From Octopus sinensis (Eukaryota): a DNA stretch of 64,000 nucleotides. Below are positions 1 through 11,270 of this stretch, in pieces. The translations under genes and the position numbers were made by a program. The first letter of the stretch is position 1, and the number at the start of each line of letters is the position of its first letter. Location of the stretch: the NCBI RefSeq assembly GCF_006345805.1, contig NC_043023.1, forward strand, positions 7,316,001 through 7,380,000. The letters run 5' to 3'. The notes beneath the pieces were generated by a model, which did not search any database, had not been told where the DNA came from, and was given only the letters and a program-made list of their open reading frames with translations.

Positions 1-453
1 TTTGCACCCTAAGCTCAAATTCCACTAAGGATAACTTTGCCTTTCATCCTTTCAGGGTCAACAAAATAAACTATTAGTCAAGTAAGTACAAGGGTTCAAA
101 GTAATCAGCTTGTCTCCTCCTGTCAGAATTGCTTACTATAAAGCCTGTAATGGATTGACATCCCTTTCAAGGAGTCCTAGGGCTCAAAAAAGAAAAAGAA
201 ATTTCACTGCATGCTTCAGTGCATAACCAAACACCTTTTGATATGAGCAATTTTTTTTTCCTTTTAGTTAATATGTCATATTGTATTGAGAATCCTCTAC
301 ATAAATGAAAGTGTGGTGCCTATTAATGCTATTTCCTGTATGTTCTACATATTTGTTACAATTTTTACAAATATATATTTTTTTTATTGTCATTAACGAG
401 GCAATTCACGTTTCAAAATCATTGGCAGCAAAAATGACATTCAGCTGTAAGAC

Positions 454-650
454 CATCATTTTCATTTCATGTCCATTTTCGATGCTGGCATGGGTTGGGA
501 TGGTTTGACAGAATTCAACATGTTGGAGAATCATGTCTCATGCTAGCAGCTCAGTTTTGACATGGTTTATACAGCTGGATACCTTTTCTGACACCAACCA
601 CTTTACAGTGTGTACCGAGTGTTTTTTCATGGCACCAGCATTAGTGATGT
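454..650 (-). mobile_element. Degenerate SINE 3' fragment (family with a (GAT)n tail, as at 5549 and 49643)
   Basis: CCATTTTCGATGCTGGCATGGGTTGG...CAGCTGGATACC...ACCAACCACT resembles the reverse complement of the SINE 3' end at 5690-5840. Confidence 0.55.
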
Positions 651-1349
651 CACCATAGAGCCTACTTGACCAAAAAGGAATATAGTGGAGGAGGCTTTAT
701 GTGAGGTGTTGAGAGAGTGGAGTGTGACAGGAGCAACAGGAATAGAATTGTTGTTAAAGAGGAAATGTAAGGCAAAGCCATCTTATGAGCTTGGGTAGGA
801 GTAACTGGAATGGAGCTGGAAAGATGATGGTGACACTGTATCTTTAGAAGGTGAATAGAAAAGAGCGGGTGGATAGATGATCAGGAAAGGCAGGAGGGTA
901 AAGGTTGTAAAAATGTGAGAGGGATGGTTAGAAATAGAGGTAGAAATGAATGTAGTAAATGGTGAAGAAAAGTGGAGGGTGGTTGATGATCGACATGAAT
1001 AGGAGACAATGATGGCTATCAATTAAAGGAGAGGAAGTGATGACTGGCAGCACAGACATGCACATTAACAGAAACCGGTGGGTGTTCTTTGTTCCTGTGG
1101 AGGCTAGATGACAAAGAAACACAATGATGGTGAAATGCCGAGATGTTGGAATAGGAAGGTGGTCCGAAACTGATGGTAATGAATGATTCTGGCTATAATA
1201 ACGATGACACACTTAAAGAAAATACATTGAATATACCGTTATTCTGGAAAAATATTCTATCTTTGAGATAAGATGATTCCCCTTGGTTCTCTGGACTGGA
1301 ATCTACAGCAAGTACTTCAGCTTTCTCTGGAGACATACATATATATATG

Positions 1350-1387
<38 letters not shown>

Positions 1388-1534
1388 AAAAGCAATAAAG
1401 ATTCAAGTTAATTTAAATGAATTTACTTGATATGGTACCTAACTTAGATGCACCAAAAAAAAACTATACTGATTTAACAATACAGTAATGTGGGGTGATT
1501 ATAAGCGAGAATGAAGCAACAAGAATGGATAGGT

Positions 1535-1624
1535 TTTTAGTACAATCGTTTCATACAAGGACAGGTTTTATTAAAAGTTGCAAAAATTACAGCATATAAC
1601 GTGTCCCGTACTCATCAGCTAAAA
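1535..1624 (-). ncRNA. Type I hammerhead ribozyme motif
   Basis: Minus strand reads UUUUAG-CUGAUGA-GUAC...GUAU-GAAA-C-GAUU-GUA-CUAAAA. The core is complete. Helix I is 6 bp (UUUUAG/CUAAAA). Helix II is GUAC/GUAU extended by GGGACA/UGUCCU. Helix III is 2 bp and the cleavage triplet is GUA. Confidence 0.85.
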
Positions 1625-1918
1625 TACATGTGAGTTCTCTAGACATCCTAGTGGTTGAGGCTATACTCATGAAGTAATGTAGATAATTAAGGAACATAAA
1701 CAGATTTCAAAAGTTCATTAAAGTTCTTTAAAGATGATGTACAGTCTTATCACAGAATTTTAAAAAAGTCTTAATAGCATCACAGAGAAGGTGACCTAAT
1801 TCAACAGCAATAAATTAGCTGTTTTAACTGGTCAAAGAATAATATTCTCCTCTAATTCCTAGATGCCTGTAAATTAAAACCAGACTTGTCGTCTACTAAT
1901 TCTTCTGTATAACTAGAA

Positions 1919-2140
1919 CCCTCTTTTTTTCTTTTTCTTTCTTCTTTTTCCTTCTTTTTCTTTTTTTCCCTTCCTTCCCTATTTCTTTCTCTTTTCTCTT
2001 TTTTCTTTTTCTTCTTCCTATTCTCTTTTTCCTTTCCTCTTCTCTTTGAGTCCCCCTTCTCCCCCTTTTTGCTCCCTCCTCTTTTATTTTCTCTCTTTTA
2101 TTTTCTCTCTTTTCTTCTATGCCCTTCCCTTTTCTATTCT
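1919..2140 (+). repeat. Polypyrimidine (CT-rich) low-complexity tract
   Basis: About 220 bp made almost entirely of C and T; duplicated near 52820-53040. Confidence 0.9.
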
Positions 2141-2800
2141 ATACAGCTCTAGTAAGCCCTTCAGCCTTTAAAAGTTAAATAGCTACAGCCTCTTGTAATC
2201 TTTACATCCAACCTAACATGGATGTCTTGTCAGAACACCGAATTCTGCGTTATTAGCTTTCAGAGATGCTCTTTTTGGTGCATAAAAACTCACGCATAAA
2301 TCGTACCAGACGAAACGTGTCTGTCATAGGCGCCGGAATTCTTATATCACGTAATTTCGGTTTGCTGGACCTCATCAGTGGCAAGTACCAGGTGACCACA
2401 TGGCAGTCAAATCTCGCTGCTACTTTATAAGTTGGATATAAAGAATACTGTTAAAGTTTATTTTGTACTATCGAATACATTCTCTCTCTCTCTCACTTAT
2501 AGACAAACTTAGTATATTGAGCAAGGTATCTTTTTAAAAAAGCACCCAGGGTGACACATCTGCACTGAAGGATGCAACACAACTAGTTGTACAGTATCCC
2601 ACTCGCAATGTAAGATGACTAGAAACGATCGGTGTGATTAGAAAAGGATCTCATGAATTCCTATTCCTCTCATTTGTTATATGTACTCGACGGACACTAA
2701 GGAATTCCTAAGGTAGATCCAGTTACATTTAAGTTGAGACTGTGGATGACATCGGCATGCTAATAGTTGTATACCCAAAGTTTAAATAATTACTTTTATA

Positions 2801-3273
2801 TAATAATAATAACTATGACCCCCTTCGGTCATGAATGACCATGGGATTGCACCTAGAAAGTTACCCTCCGAGGCACAAGTTGGGCAAGGTTGTTTATGGA
2901 AGACCAGCAGTCGCCCATGCATACTTGCCTCCCCTCTCCACATCACCGATGTTATCCAAGGGAAAGGCAAAGGGGCCGATACAGCTTCGTACCAGTGACG
3001 TCGCAGCTCACTTATTAACGTGCAAGTGGCCGAGCACTCCACAGACACGTGTACCCTTAACGTAGTTCTCGGGGAGATTCAGCACGACACAGAGTGTGTC
3101 AAGGCTGGCCCTTTGAAAGACAGGTGAAACAGGAAGGAAGAGTGAGAGAAAGTTGTGGTGAAAGAGACTCGTGGAGCTTTAGATGTTTTCGCTCAATAAA
3201 CACTCACAATGCCCTGTCAGGGAATCGAAGCTGCGAGTCCACTGACCTAACCACTGGGCCATTGCGCCTTCAC
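2801..3273 (-). mobile_element. tRNA-headed SINE, probably chimeric, with a (TAA)n tail
   Basis: The minus-strand head GTGAAGGCGCAATGGCCCAGTGG...TTCGATTCCCTG has A-box-like and B-box-like motifs. The body matches recalled octopus SINE sequence. Confidence 0.6.
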
Positions 3274-3765
3274 TTATAATAATAATAATAATATGCTGTA
3301 TAAAATTGTAAAATAAGAGAAAATAAATTCTGAAGATGAACAAGTTTCCATATTCTATATCGTTATAATTATTGTTAATGTATATATGTTCTTTTATTCT
3401 TTTACTCGTGTGAGAATGTGTGTCTGTTTCTGAGAATGTATTGGAGAACGTGTATAAATGCGTCTATGTATTTACACCCGCATCTAATTATGCAAGTGCT
3501 ATTCATTAACTATGCCTTCCTTACACTTGTTACTTCCTTTTCCCCCAGACACATATCACCATCACTGACTCACATCACCACCACCACCCTGCCAAACACA
3601 CATCATACTTAACCTACTTGTTTTCATGTTTTCATTATAGGTATGCACACAAACTAACATGTATTTATATACAAAGATCTTTAAATGTTTTAGGTCACAG
3701 TTTGGATTATAACCATATCTATAAACTATTCGCACACACACGTACATACATACATACATACATAT

Positions 3766-3975
3766 TCTTTTACTTGTTTCAGTCATCTGACTGCGTCCAT
3801 GCTGGAGCACCGCCTTAAAGTCTTTCTTTTAGTCGAAGAAATCGCCCCCAGGTCTTATTCTTTGTAAGCTTAGTACTTATTCTATCGGTGACTTTGCCGA
3901 ACCGCTAAGTTACGAGGATGCAATCACGCCAGCATTGGTTGTCAAGCGACGATGGGGGACAAATAGACACAAAGA
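3766..3975 (-). mobile_element. Octopus-type tRNA-derived SINE, 3' half
   Basis: TTTTACTTGTTTCAGTCA...CCATGCTGGAGCACCGCC...GGGGGACAAA is homologous to 11063-11260 and 50490-50660. Confidence 0.8.
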
Positions 3976-4036
3976 CACACTCATACATATATGTACACAC
4001 AAACACATACACACACACACACACATATATATACAC

Positions 4037-4757
4037 GCATAGAAACTAAGTTGTCGCCATTTTATAATTTTAATTTCGCGCATGCGCACGTTTCTTTTTG
4101 ATTTTGTCGACTACAAAGTATAGTAGGGTCAGCTGGGCACCGTCTGTGAGAAAAACAGTACCATAACGCAATACACTGCTAGCAATTTGGAAACAACATG
4201 CTGCACTGCTTTGCATTCACGCCGGCGACTCCAATATGAACAGATCGTGAACTCACAGAACAACCATTGGCTTGCCATGTCTCCAAAACAAGTACCGAAA
4301 GTGATAAATGTCAAACATCCAGTTAACATCGTGGTGTTTGGAGTGATCACTAGTGATGGCGAAGTTATGCCCCCGTTCATCTTCCCACACGGCCTCAGAC
4401 TCAACATCGAGGTCTACATCAAGTGCCTGGAGGTCTACATCAAGTGCCCTGGGTCAAGTGGGTAGCTGCTGGAAGACCCTATGTCAGACAGCAGGACTAT
4501 GCACCATGCCATACAAGCAGGAGAACCCAGTCATGGCTGTCAGACAACTTCTGTGACCACATCACCCCTGAAATATGGCCACCTAACTCGCTAGATTATT
4601 ATGTGTGGGGTACAGTTGAGCGAGAGACCAACAAAATTGTAACACCAAAGATGAAATGAAGGCAAAGATTATGGCAGCATTCACCAACATAAACAATGAG
4701 ACTGTCCAGAAGAGTTGCAGGACATTCTGTAATCGTCTGGAGGCTGTGGTTGAGGAA
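4037..4757 (+). mobile_element. Degenerate Tc1/mariner transposase remnant (probably DD37D/maT-like)
   Basis: Frameshifted pieces VVFGVITSDGEVMPPFIF and QQDYAPCH...WPPNS-LDYYVWG are IS630-Tc1-mariner catalytic motifs. The usual PDxNP before the third Asp is deleted, so the DD37D spacing is inferred. There is an internal ~20-bp duplication at 4410-4452. Confidence 0.85.
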
Positions 4758-4954
4758 TAGAGGAATATCATTACTTTCCATCACTGGAAGAGTTTTTACT
4801 GGGATCCTTTTAATTTGGCTCCAGAACATCACCGTAAAAATCCTTCCAGAATCTCTTAAAGGATCTAATTTGCCATCACCATATAGGAAGTGATCAACAT
4901 GAAGAAATTGAACTTTTCGGTACAAGATAAAGCTGACGACGATGATAGTGTGGA

Positions 4955-5286
4955 TGTGTAATAAGCTAGCTTTCCAACCACATACTACCGGGTTCAGTCC
5001 TCCTGCGTGCCACCTTGCGTAAATGTTTTCTACTATATCCTATATAATTATATATACATGTGTCTTTATGTCTGTATGTCACCCCCCCCCATACACACAC
5101 ACCGCCGACCGCTTAACAACTGATGCTAGTGTGTTTACGTCCCTGTTACTTAGTGGTTCGGCAAAAGAGACGATCAAGTACCAGGTTTAAAAGGAAAACA
5201 TATACTAGGGGCGATTTGTTCGACTAAATTTCTCCGAGGTGGTGCACCAGCATGGTCGCAATCTAGCAACTGAAACAAGTGAGAGA
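4955..5286 (+). mobile_element. Octopus-type tRNA-derived SINE, near full length and diverged
   Basis: The head (CCAACCACAT...CCGGGTTCAGTCC), a central microsatellite and the 3' end (CCAGCATGGTCGCA...CTGAAACAAGT) are homologous to the split SINE at 11063-13071. Confidence 0.8.
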
Positions 5287-5421
5287 TATATGTATTACAT
5301 TATATATAATAAGTGTATGTGAATACAGTATATCTATTTGTATGATTATTGCTTTACTTATAATTTCTTAAAACGTAAACTCTTTTTCATCCATGTTTGT
5401 TTGTACATGTGCATGTGTGTG

Positions 5422-5456
<35 letters not shown>

Positions 5457-5464
5457 ATATATAT

Positions 5465-6520
5465 ACTAGTTGAAGGTGACCCGCTCTTCGCACGGGTAAG
5501 AGTGTGGTTGTTACTTTCTGTTGCTTCCTTTCAGCATGTAAAAAGCATCATCCGAACGTGGCGGATTGCAGCGCCACCGTGACTGGCTTCTGTGCTGGTG
5601 GCACGTAAAAAGCACCAACCGATCGTGGCCGCTGCCAGTTCCCCTGGCACCTGTGCCGGTGGCACGGAAAAAGCACCCACTACGCTCACAGAGTGGTTGG
5701 CATTAGGAAGGTCATCCACCTGTAGAAACACTGCCAGATCAGACTGGAGCCTGGTGCAGCCTCCTGGCTTCCGAGACCCCGGTCACACTGCCCAACCCGT
5801 GCTAGCACGGAAAACGGACGTTAAATGATGATGATGATGATGATTCTCCTTCTTTGTTTCTCTCTCACTTTCCCACTCTCTTACTCTTCCTTTCTCTCGG
5901 ACTCTCCCTCGCTTTCTCTTACTCTCTATCTTTATCTATCTCTCTCCCATTTATAAACAACAGAAGATCTTGAGTAAGTTGAGAAATAAAATATTTAGAA
6001 AGATCAATCAGAAATATGAGGCAGTGGCAATGGAAAGGTCTGCTTCAAGGCAGACAGCAAAACGCTAACATTTAAAAGGACAGACGAACTTGCGAGCTGA
6101 ATAAAAATAATAAAATATTGGAAACCAAAGTTTGAAGGGATAGAATGTGAGGATAGTAGAGTCACCATGGCTGGCATTTGTTAACGACGGACAGCAACGT
6201 AGTGACAGTTTAACGGCTGGCGTAAAATTTTGAACTTGATGTAAAAGAAAATTCGTAAACACCAAGTTTTGAAGTGATTCTTTCTCACGACAGAAGACTC
6301 AAGATGGGAAGCATTCAAAACTTCTTCATCATGGACGGCAACACATTGACGATTAAAAGGCTGGCACAAATTTTTTAGCTTGATGTAACAGAGAATTGCT
6401 AAACACCCGCTCCTTTAAATTTTAATCCCCTTCCAGCCCCATTTATACCCCTTTTCACATTTTGGTTAATATAACCCGATTTCATTTGGGTCTACTGGGG
6501 CCACATTTTATAAGATGAGG
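5465..6520 (+). mobile_element. Putative non-autonomous Helentron-like (HINE/DINE-1-like) element A, carrying an internal SINE
   Basis: A ~1.05-kb direct repeat of 8453-9498. It starts ACTAG followed by the hairpin ACCCG...CGGGT and ends TTTTATAAGATGAGGA. The family assignment is inference. Confidence 0.5.
5549..5844 (+). mobile_element. SINE with internal GTGCCGGTGGCACGTAAAAAGCACC modules and a (GAT)n tail
   Basis: Homologous copies lie at 8528-8832 and 12672-12895 (+) and 49643-50002 (-). Confidence 0.8.
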
Positions 6521-6522
6521 AC

Positions 6523-6855
6523 TCAAGCAAGTTTCCTGAGTTCTGGTCATAGACCACAGAACACTAAACTAAGTTTCCCGAGTTCTGGTCATAGACCATA
6601 GAACACTCAACCAAGTTTCCCGAGTTCTGGTCATAGACCACAGAACACTCAACCAAGTTTCCCGAGTTCTGGTCATAGACCACAGAACACTAAACTAAGT
6701 TTCCCGAGTTCTGGTCATAGACCATAGAACACTCAACCAAGTTTCTCGAGTTCTGGTCATATACCATAGAACAGTCAAGCAAGTTTCCCGAGTTCTGGTC
6801 ATAGACCATAGAACACTCAACCAAGTTTCCCGAGTTCTGGTCATGGAGCATAGAA
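6523..6855 (+). repeat. 42-bp minisatellite, 8 units
   Basis: GTTTCC recurs at 6531, 6573, 6615, 6657, 6699, 6741, 6783 and 6825. The duplicate array is at 57423-57755. Confidence 0.95.
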
Positions 6856-7910
6856 TACTTAGCTAAAATCTAGTTTCTACCTAGTCTGAACCAATCAATC
6901 CACCGCAGTCTTCATCCACACAGAGCTTACTCAACCATGTTCCAGTTCCAGCGACAGACGACCAGACCATCCAGTCATGTTCCTGCTCCAGCCAATGACA
7001 ACGCTAACATACACCAGCAACGCCACCGACGCCTTCATCTCAACGTCGCCATCACCATCGTCGTCCTTCACCTTCACGTCGTCTCCATCTCCGTCGACTT
7101 CATCTCCAGCAACACTAATATGTACATAGCACTCATTCAGGTTTAGCTTTCACGCTGTTATGATTTTCACCGAGGTTAACAGCACAGCACTACCTGCGAG
7201 ATCTTCTGTACCAATGTAACCTGGCACAGCATTGAAGCCAAAACCGCTACACGACATGTGTTCAACCGGCATCTGCACTTGTGATCCGAACATCCTGTTA
7301 CAGAACGAACTGCTATTATGTACTTTACTACGAACTGGTAAATTAACTCCATCTTGTCTGAAATACCCTGAGAGACTTTTCCTATGCGCTGTATTTTGTT
7401 TTGCCCGCATACACCTTGTTTGTACTTCTGTCGCACATAGTTAATACACACACAAATGCTATCTCTGTCACATTCATACGCAACACATGCCTTTCTCGCT
7501 TGTTTTCCATGCTCAATATGCCCTTGTAAACGCAACACATCTCTGTAAGACCCTAGGTCGTTCACGCATACATAGAGAAAGTTGTTTGTCCCTTACAACG
7601 CGCCAGCATGCCACACTTTTGTTCCTGCACGGCCGAGGCATATAATAGCTCAAGCATTGGCTGGCAGCCTCAGCCTTACTGCATTAATCACTGGCATATT
7701 CAATACTGTACACTGTATTTCAGCCTAGCAAGCCCTATTGCACTCATGCACCTCTCTTCTGCACGTGTTGCAACACTTCTGCGTCAGCTCACTTCTTCTC
7801 CCGACTCAAAGCACGTCGGATGTTCACATGCGCTGCGCTCATGTTTAGGCATAATTTCCCCCTGTTAGACCCCTGTTGGTTACGTAATTAACAGAGAAAA
7901 TTATCTGTCT

Positions 7911-7961
7911 CGCACCCAAGTTGCACCCAAAAAGTGTAAAGAAGCAACCAGTTCCCTTTAC
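7911..7961 (+). mobile_element. LTR-related terminus homologous to the solo LTR in the satellite
   Basis: GCACCCAAGTTGCACCCAAAAAGTGTAAAGAAGCAACCAGTTCCCTTTACG is the near-exact reverse complement of the first ~50 bp of the inserts at 30966 and later. Confidence 0.7.
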
Positions 7962-8452
7962 GTAACTATCAAAAAGTATTAAAAAGTTTAATATACATAA
8001 ATACAGATATATACACTTTGTATATATACATATTTATATATAGAACACACACACACACATATATAAACGCTCGTTGGTGTGTTCTGTTTCTTTTGGTCGA
8101 TGGGCGCGTTGACAGGTAGACAATAGAAGGCGATGGCGATGGAATATTTGTTTCTCTGTATGAATGCAGACAGATACATGAGTAAAAGTTATGGGAAGCT
8201 AAGAGATAGAGTGAGTGAAAATGTTCTTACTATAATAACGGGAGTGGAAATCTCAAAGTTATATATGAAGGAGAGTGAGAGGGGAATGTAGGAAATAGCG
8301 TGAGTGAGGAAGATAGGGTTTTCTAAGGTAGCCCACGGGCATCGTCTCCTCATTCTACATGTCCCTGTAAATTTTGGAGCGAATCGGACGGGACGTAGTG
8401 GCATTGAAAGCGAGCCAAACGGTAAAAACGCATTTCAGTTTTATATATAGAG

Positions 8453-9498
8453 ACTAGCTGAAGGTGACCCGCTCTACGCGCGGGTAAGAGTGTGGGTGTT
8501 ACTTTCTGTTGCTTCCTTTCAGCACGTAAAAAGCACCATCCGAACGTGGCCGATTGCAGCACCGCCTTGACTTGCTTCTGTGCCGGTGGCACGTAAAAAG
8601 CACCAACCGATCGTTGCCACTGCGAGCCCCCCTGGCACCAGTGCCGGCGGCACGAAAAAAGCACTCACTACACTCACAGAGTGGTTGGCGTTAGGAAGGT
8701 CATCCACCTGTAGAAACACTGCCAGATCAGACTGGAGCCTGGTGCAGCCTCCTGGCTTCCGAGACCCCGGTCACACTGCCCAACCAGTGCTAGCACGGAA
8801 AACGGACGTTAAACGATGATGATGATGATGATTCTCCATATTTGTTTCTCTCTCACTTTCCCACTCTCTTACTTTTCTTTTCTCTCGGACTCTCCTCGCT
8901 TTCTCTTACTCTCTATCTTTATCTATCTCTCTCCCATTTATAAACAACAGAAGATCTTGAGTAAGTTGAGAAATAAAATATTTAGAAAGATCAATCAGAA
9001 ATATGAGGCAGTGGCAATGGAAAGGTCTGCTTCAAGGCAGACAGCAAATCGCTAACATTTAAAAGGGACAGACGAACTTGCGAGCTGAATAAAAATAATA
9101 AAATATTGGAAACCAAAGTTGAAGGGATAGAATGTGAGGATAGTAGAGTCACCATGGCTGGCATTTGTTAACGACGGACAGCAACGTAGTGACAGTTTAA
9201 CGGCTGGCGTAAAATTTTGAACTTGATGTAAAAGAAAATTCGTAAACACCAAGTTTTGAAGTGATTCTTTCTCACGACAGTAGACTCACCATGGCAAGCA
9301 TTCAAAACTTCTTTATCATGGACGGCAACACATTGACGATTAAAAGGCTGGCGCAAATTTTTTAGCTTGATGTAACAGAGAATTGCTAAACACCCGCTCC
9401 TTTAAATTTTAATCCCCTTCCAGCCCCATTTAGACCCCTTTTCACATTTTGGTTAATATAACCCGATTTCATTCGGGTCTACTTTTATAAGATGAGGA
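8453..9498 (+). mobile_element. Putative Helentron-like element B (paralogue of 5465-6520)
   Basis: Same ACTAG plus ACCCGC/GCGGGT hairpin start and TTTTATAAGATGAGGA end. It is directly preceded by another segment ending TTTTATATATAGAG. Confidence 0.5.
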
Positions 9499-9696
9499 AT
9501 TTTGTCCTAGAGGTGACGCCTTTCATTTGAGGAACAAGTGGACCAATATTGAGCCACAACAGGTCTCGAAACTACGGTAAGCAACCGCCGACTTCATTTT
9601 CCCTCGTAGAAGAAGCGCGCAGTGCATGCTGGGATATATGACTGCGCGAGGCGTGCCGTTTCATTTCCATTTGTGTGTTTATGTAGAGACCCCAAA

Positions 9697-10987
9697 ATGG
9701 CTCCTATTAAGAGACACGCCTACGACGCAGAGTTTAAACTCAAGGCGATCAGTCACGCAGTAGAACACGGGAATAGAGCAGCAGCGAGAGAATTTAACAT
9801 TAACGAATCAATGGTGCGGAAGTGGAGGAAGCAACAAGATGACCTGAGCCAAGTAAAGAAGACTAAAAAGAGTTTCCGAGGGAACAAAGCGAGATGGCCA
9901 CAGTTGGAGAACAAACTCGAACAGTGGGTTGTTGAACAGAGAGCAGCAGGTAGAAGTGTCAGTACAATCACTATTCGAATGAAGGCAACAGCGCTAGCAA
10001 GCGAACTTAACATTAATGAATTTAAAGGCGGTCCTTCTTGGTGCTTTCGGTTTATGAAAAGATGTAATCGCTCCATTCGCACACGAACTACTGTTTCACA
10101 GCAACTGCCAAAAGACTACCAAGAAAAGCTGGTCACTTTTCGCGCATATTGCAAAAACAAGATTACTGAAAAAAAGATCCGGCCAGAGCACATCATCAAC
10201 ATGGACGAGGTTCCACTCACCTTTGATATTCCTGTGAACCGCACCGTGGAAAAAACGGGAGCACGTACGGTAAATGTTCGCACCACAGGAAATGAGAAGT
10301 CATCCTTCACTGTAGTTCTTGCTTGCCAAGCTAATGGCCAGAAACTTCCACCCATGTTTATTTTCAAGAGGAAGACCTTGCCAGAAGAAAACTTTCCAGC
10401 CGGCGTCGTCATCAAAGCTAACTCAAAGGGATGGATGGATGACGAAAAGATGAGCGGGTGGTTGAGAGAAATTTACGTGAAGAGACCGGGTGGCTTTTTT
10501 CACACAGCTCCGTCCCTTTCGATCTACGACTCCATGTGCTCCCATATCACAAATGGTGTCAAAAAACATGTGAAGCACACGAATTCAATACTCGCCGTCA
10601 TTCCAGGTGGATTGACAAAAGAACTCCAGCCGCTAGATATTGGTGTCAACAGGGCATTCAAAGCTAGACTGCGAACTGCGTGGGAACAGTGGATGACAGA
10701 AGGCGAACACACTTTTACCAAGGCAGGGAGACAGCGCCGAACGACATACGCACTATCTGCCAATGGATCATAAATGCCTGGGCTGATATATCAGTCTCAA
10801 CCGTGGTCCGAGCTTTCAGGAAGGTATGAATTGTCACACTGAACTGCTAGACAACATCAGCGACACTGACTCAATTAATGACGACTTCGACGACACAGAG
10901 CCGGGCGTGTTCGATCCCGTATTCGCCCAACTGTTTAATTCGGACACTGAAGAAGAAGAATTCGAGGGATTCGTGAATGAGGAATAA
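9697..10987 (+). pseudogene. pogo/Passer transposase, copy 1 (1-bp deletion near 10751, in-frame TGA, 2-bp insertion near 10836)
   Basis: MAPIKRHAYDAEFKLKAI (Brinker-type HTH), a CENP-B HTH (WPQLENKL...FKGGPSWCFRFMKR) and the DDE_1 triad NMDE / YDS / QPLD with 35 residues between the 2nd and 3rd Asp. The ATG at 9697 is the likely start; the ORF track begins at an upstream GTG. Confidence 0.9.
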
Positions 10988-11270
10988 CTTAATAAAGTGA
11001 GCTTTATATGTTTATTTTGTGTGTTGTGTTGTGTGACATTACGTTTGAGCAATGTTAAGTTACTCTTTTACTTGTTTCAGTCATTTGACTGCGGCCATGC
11101 TGGAGCACCGCCTTTAGTCGAGCAAATCGACCCGGACGTATCTTTGTAAGCCCAGTACTTATTCTACCGCTCTTTGCCAACCGCTAAGTGACGGGGACTT
11201 AAACACCCTGCATCAGGTGTCAGCAATGCTAGGGGGACAAACACACACACACATACATACATACATTATA

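Noticed and set aside
700-1340. Possible degenerate GIY-YIG remnant (700-1210) and a protein-like minus-strand frame SPEKAEVLAVDSSPENQGESS (1237-1335)
   Set aside because: No diagnostic motif or convincing splice pair; cannot be supported without a search.
9622-9696. N-terminal 25 residues of the 383/402-aa ORFs
   Set aside because: They start at a GTG; the domain homology begins at the ATG of MAPIKR (9697 / 60584).
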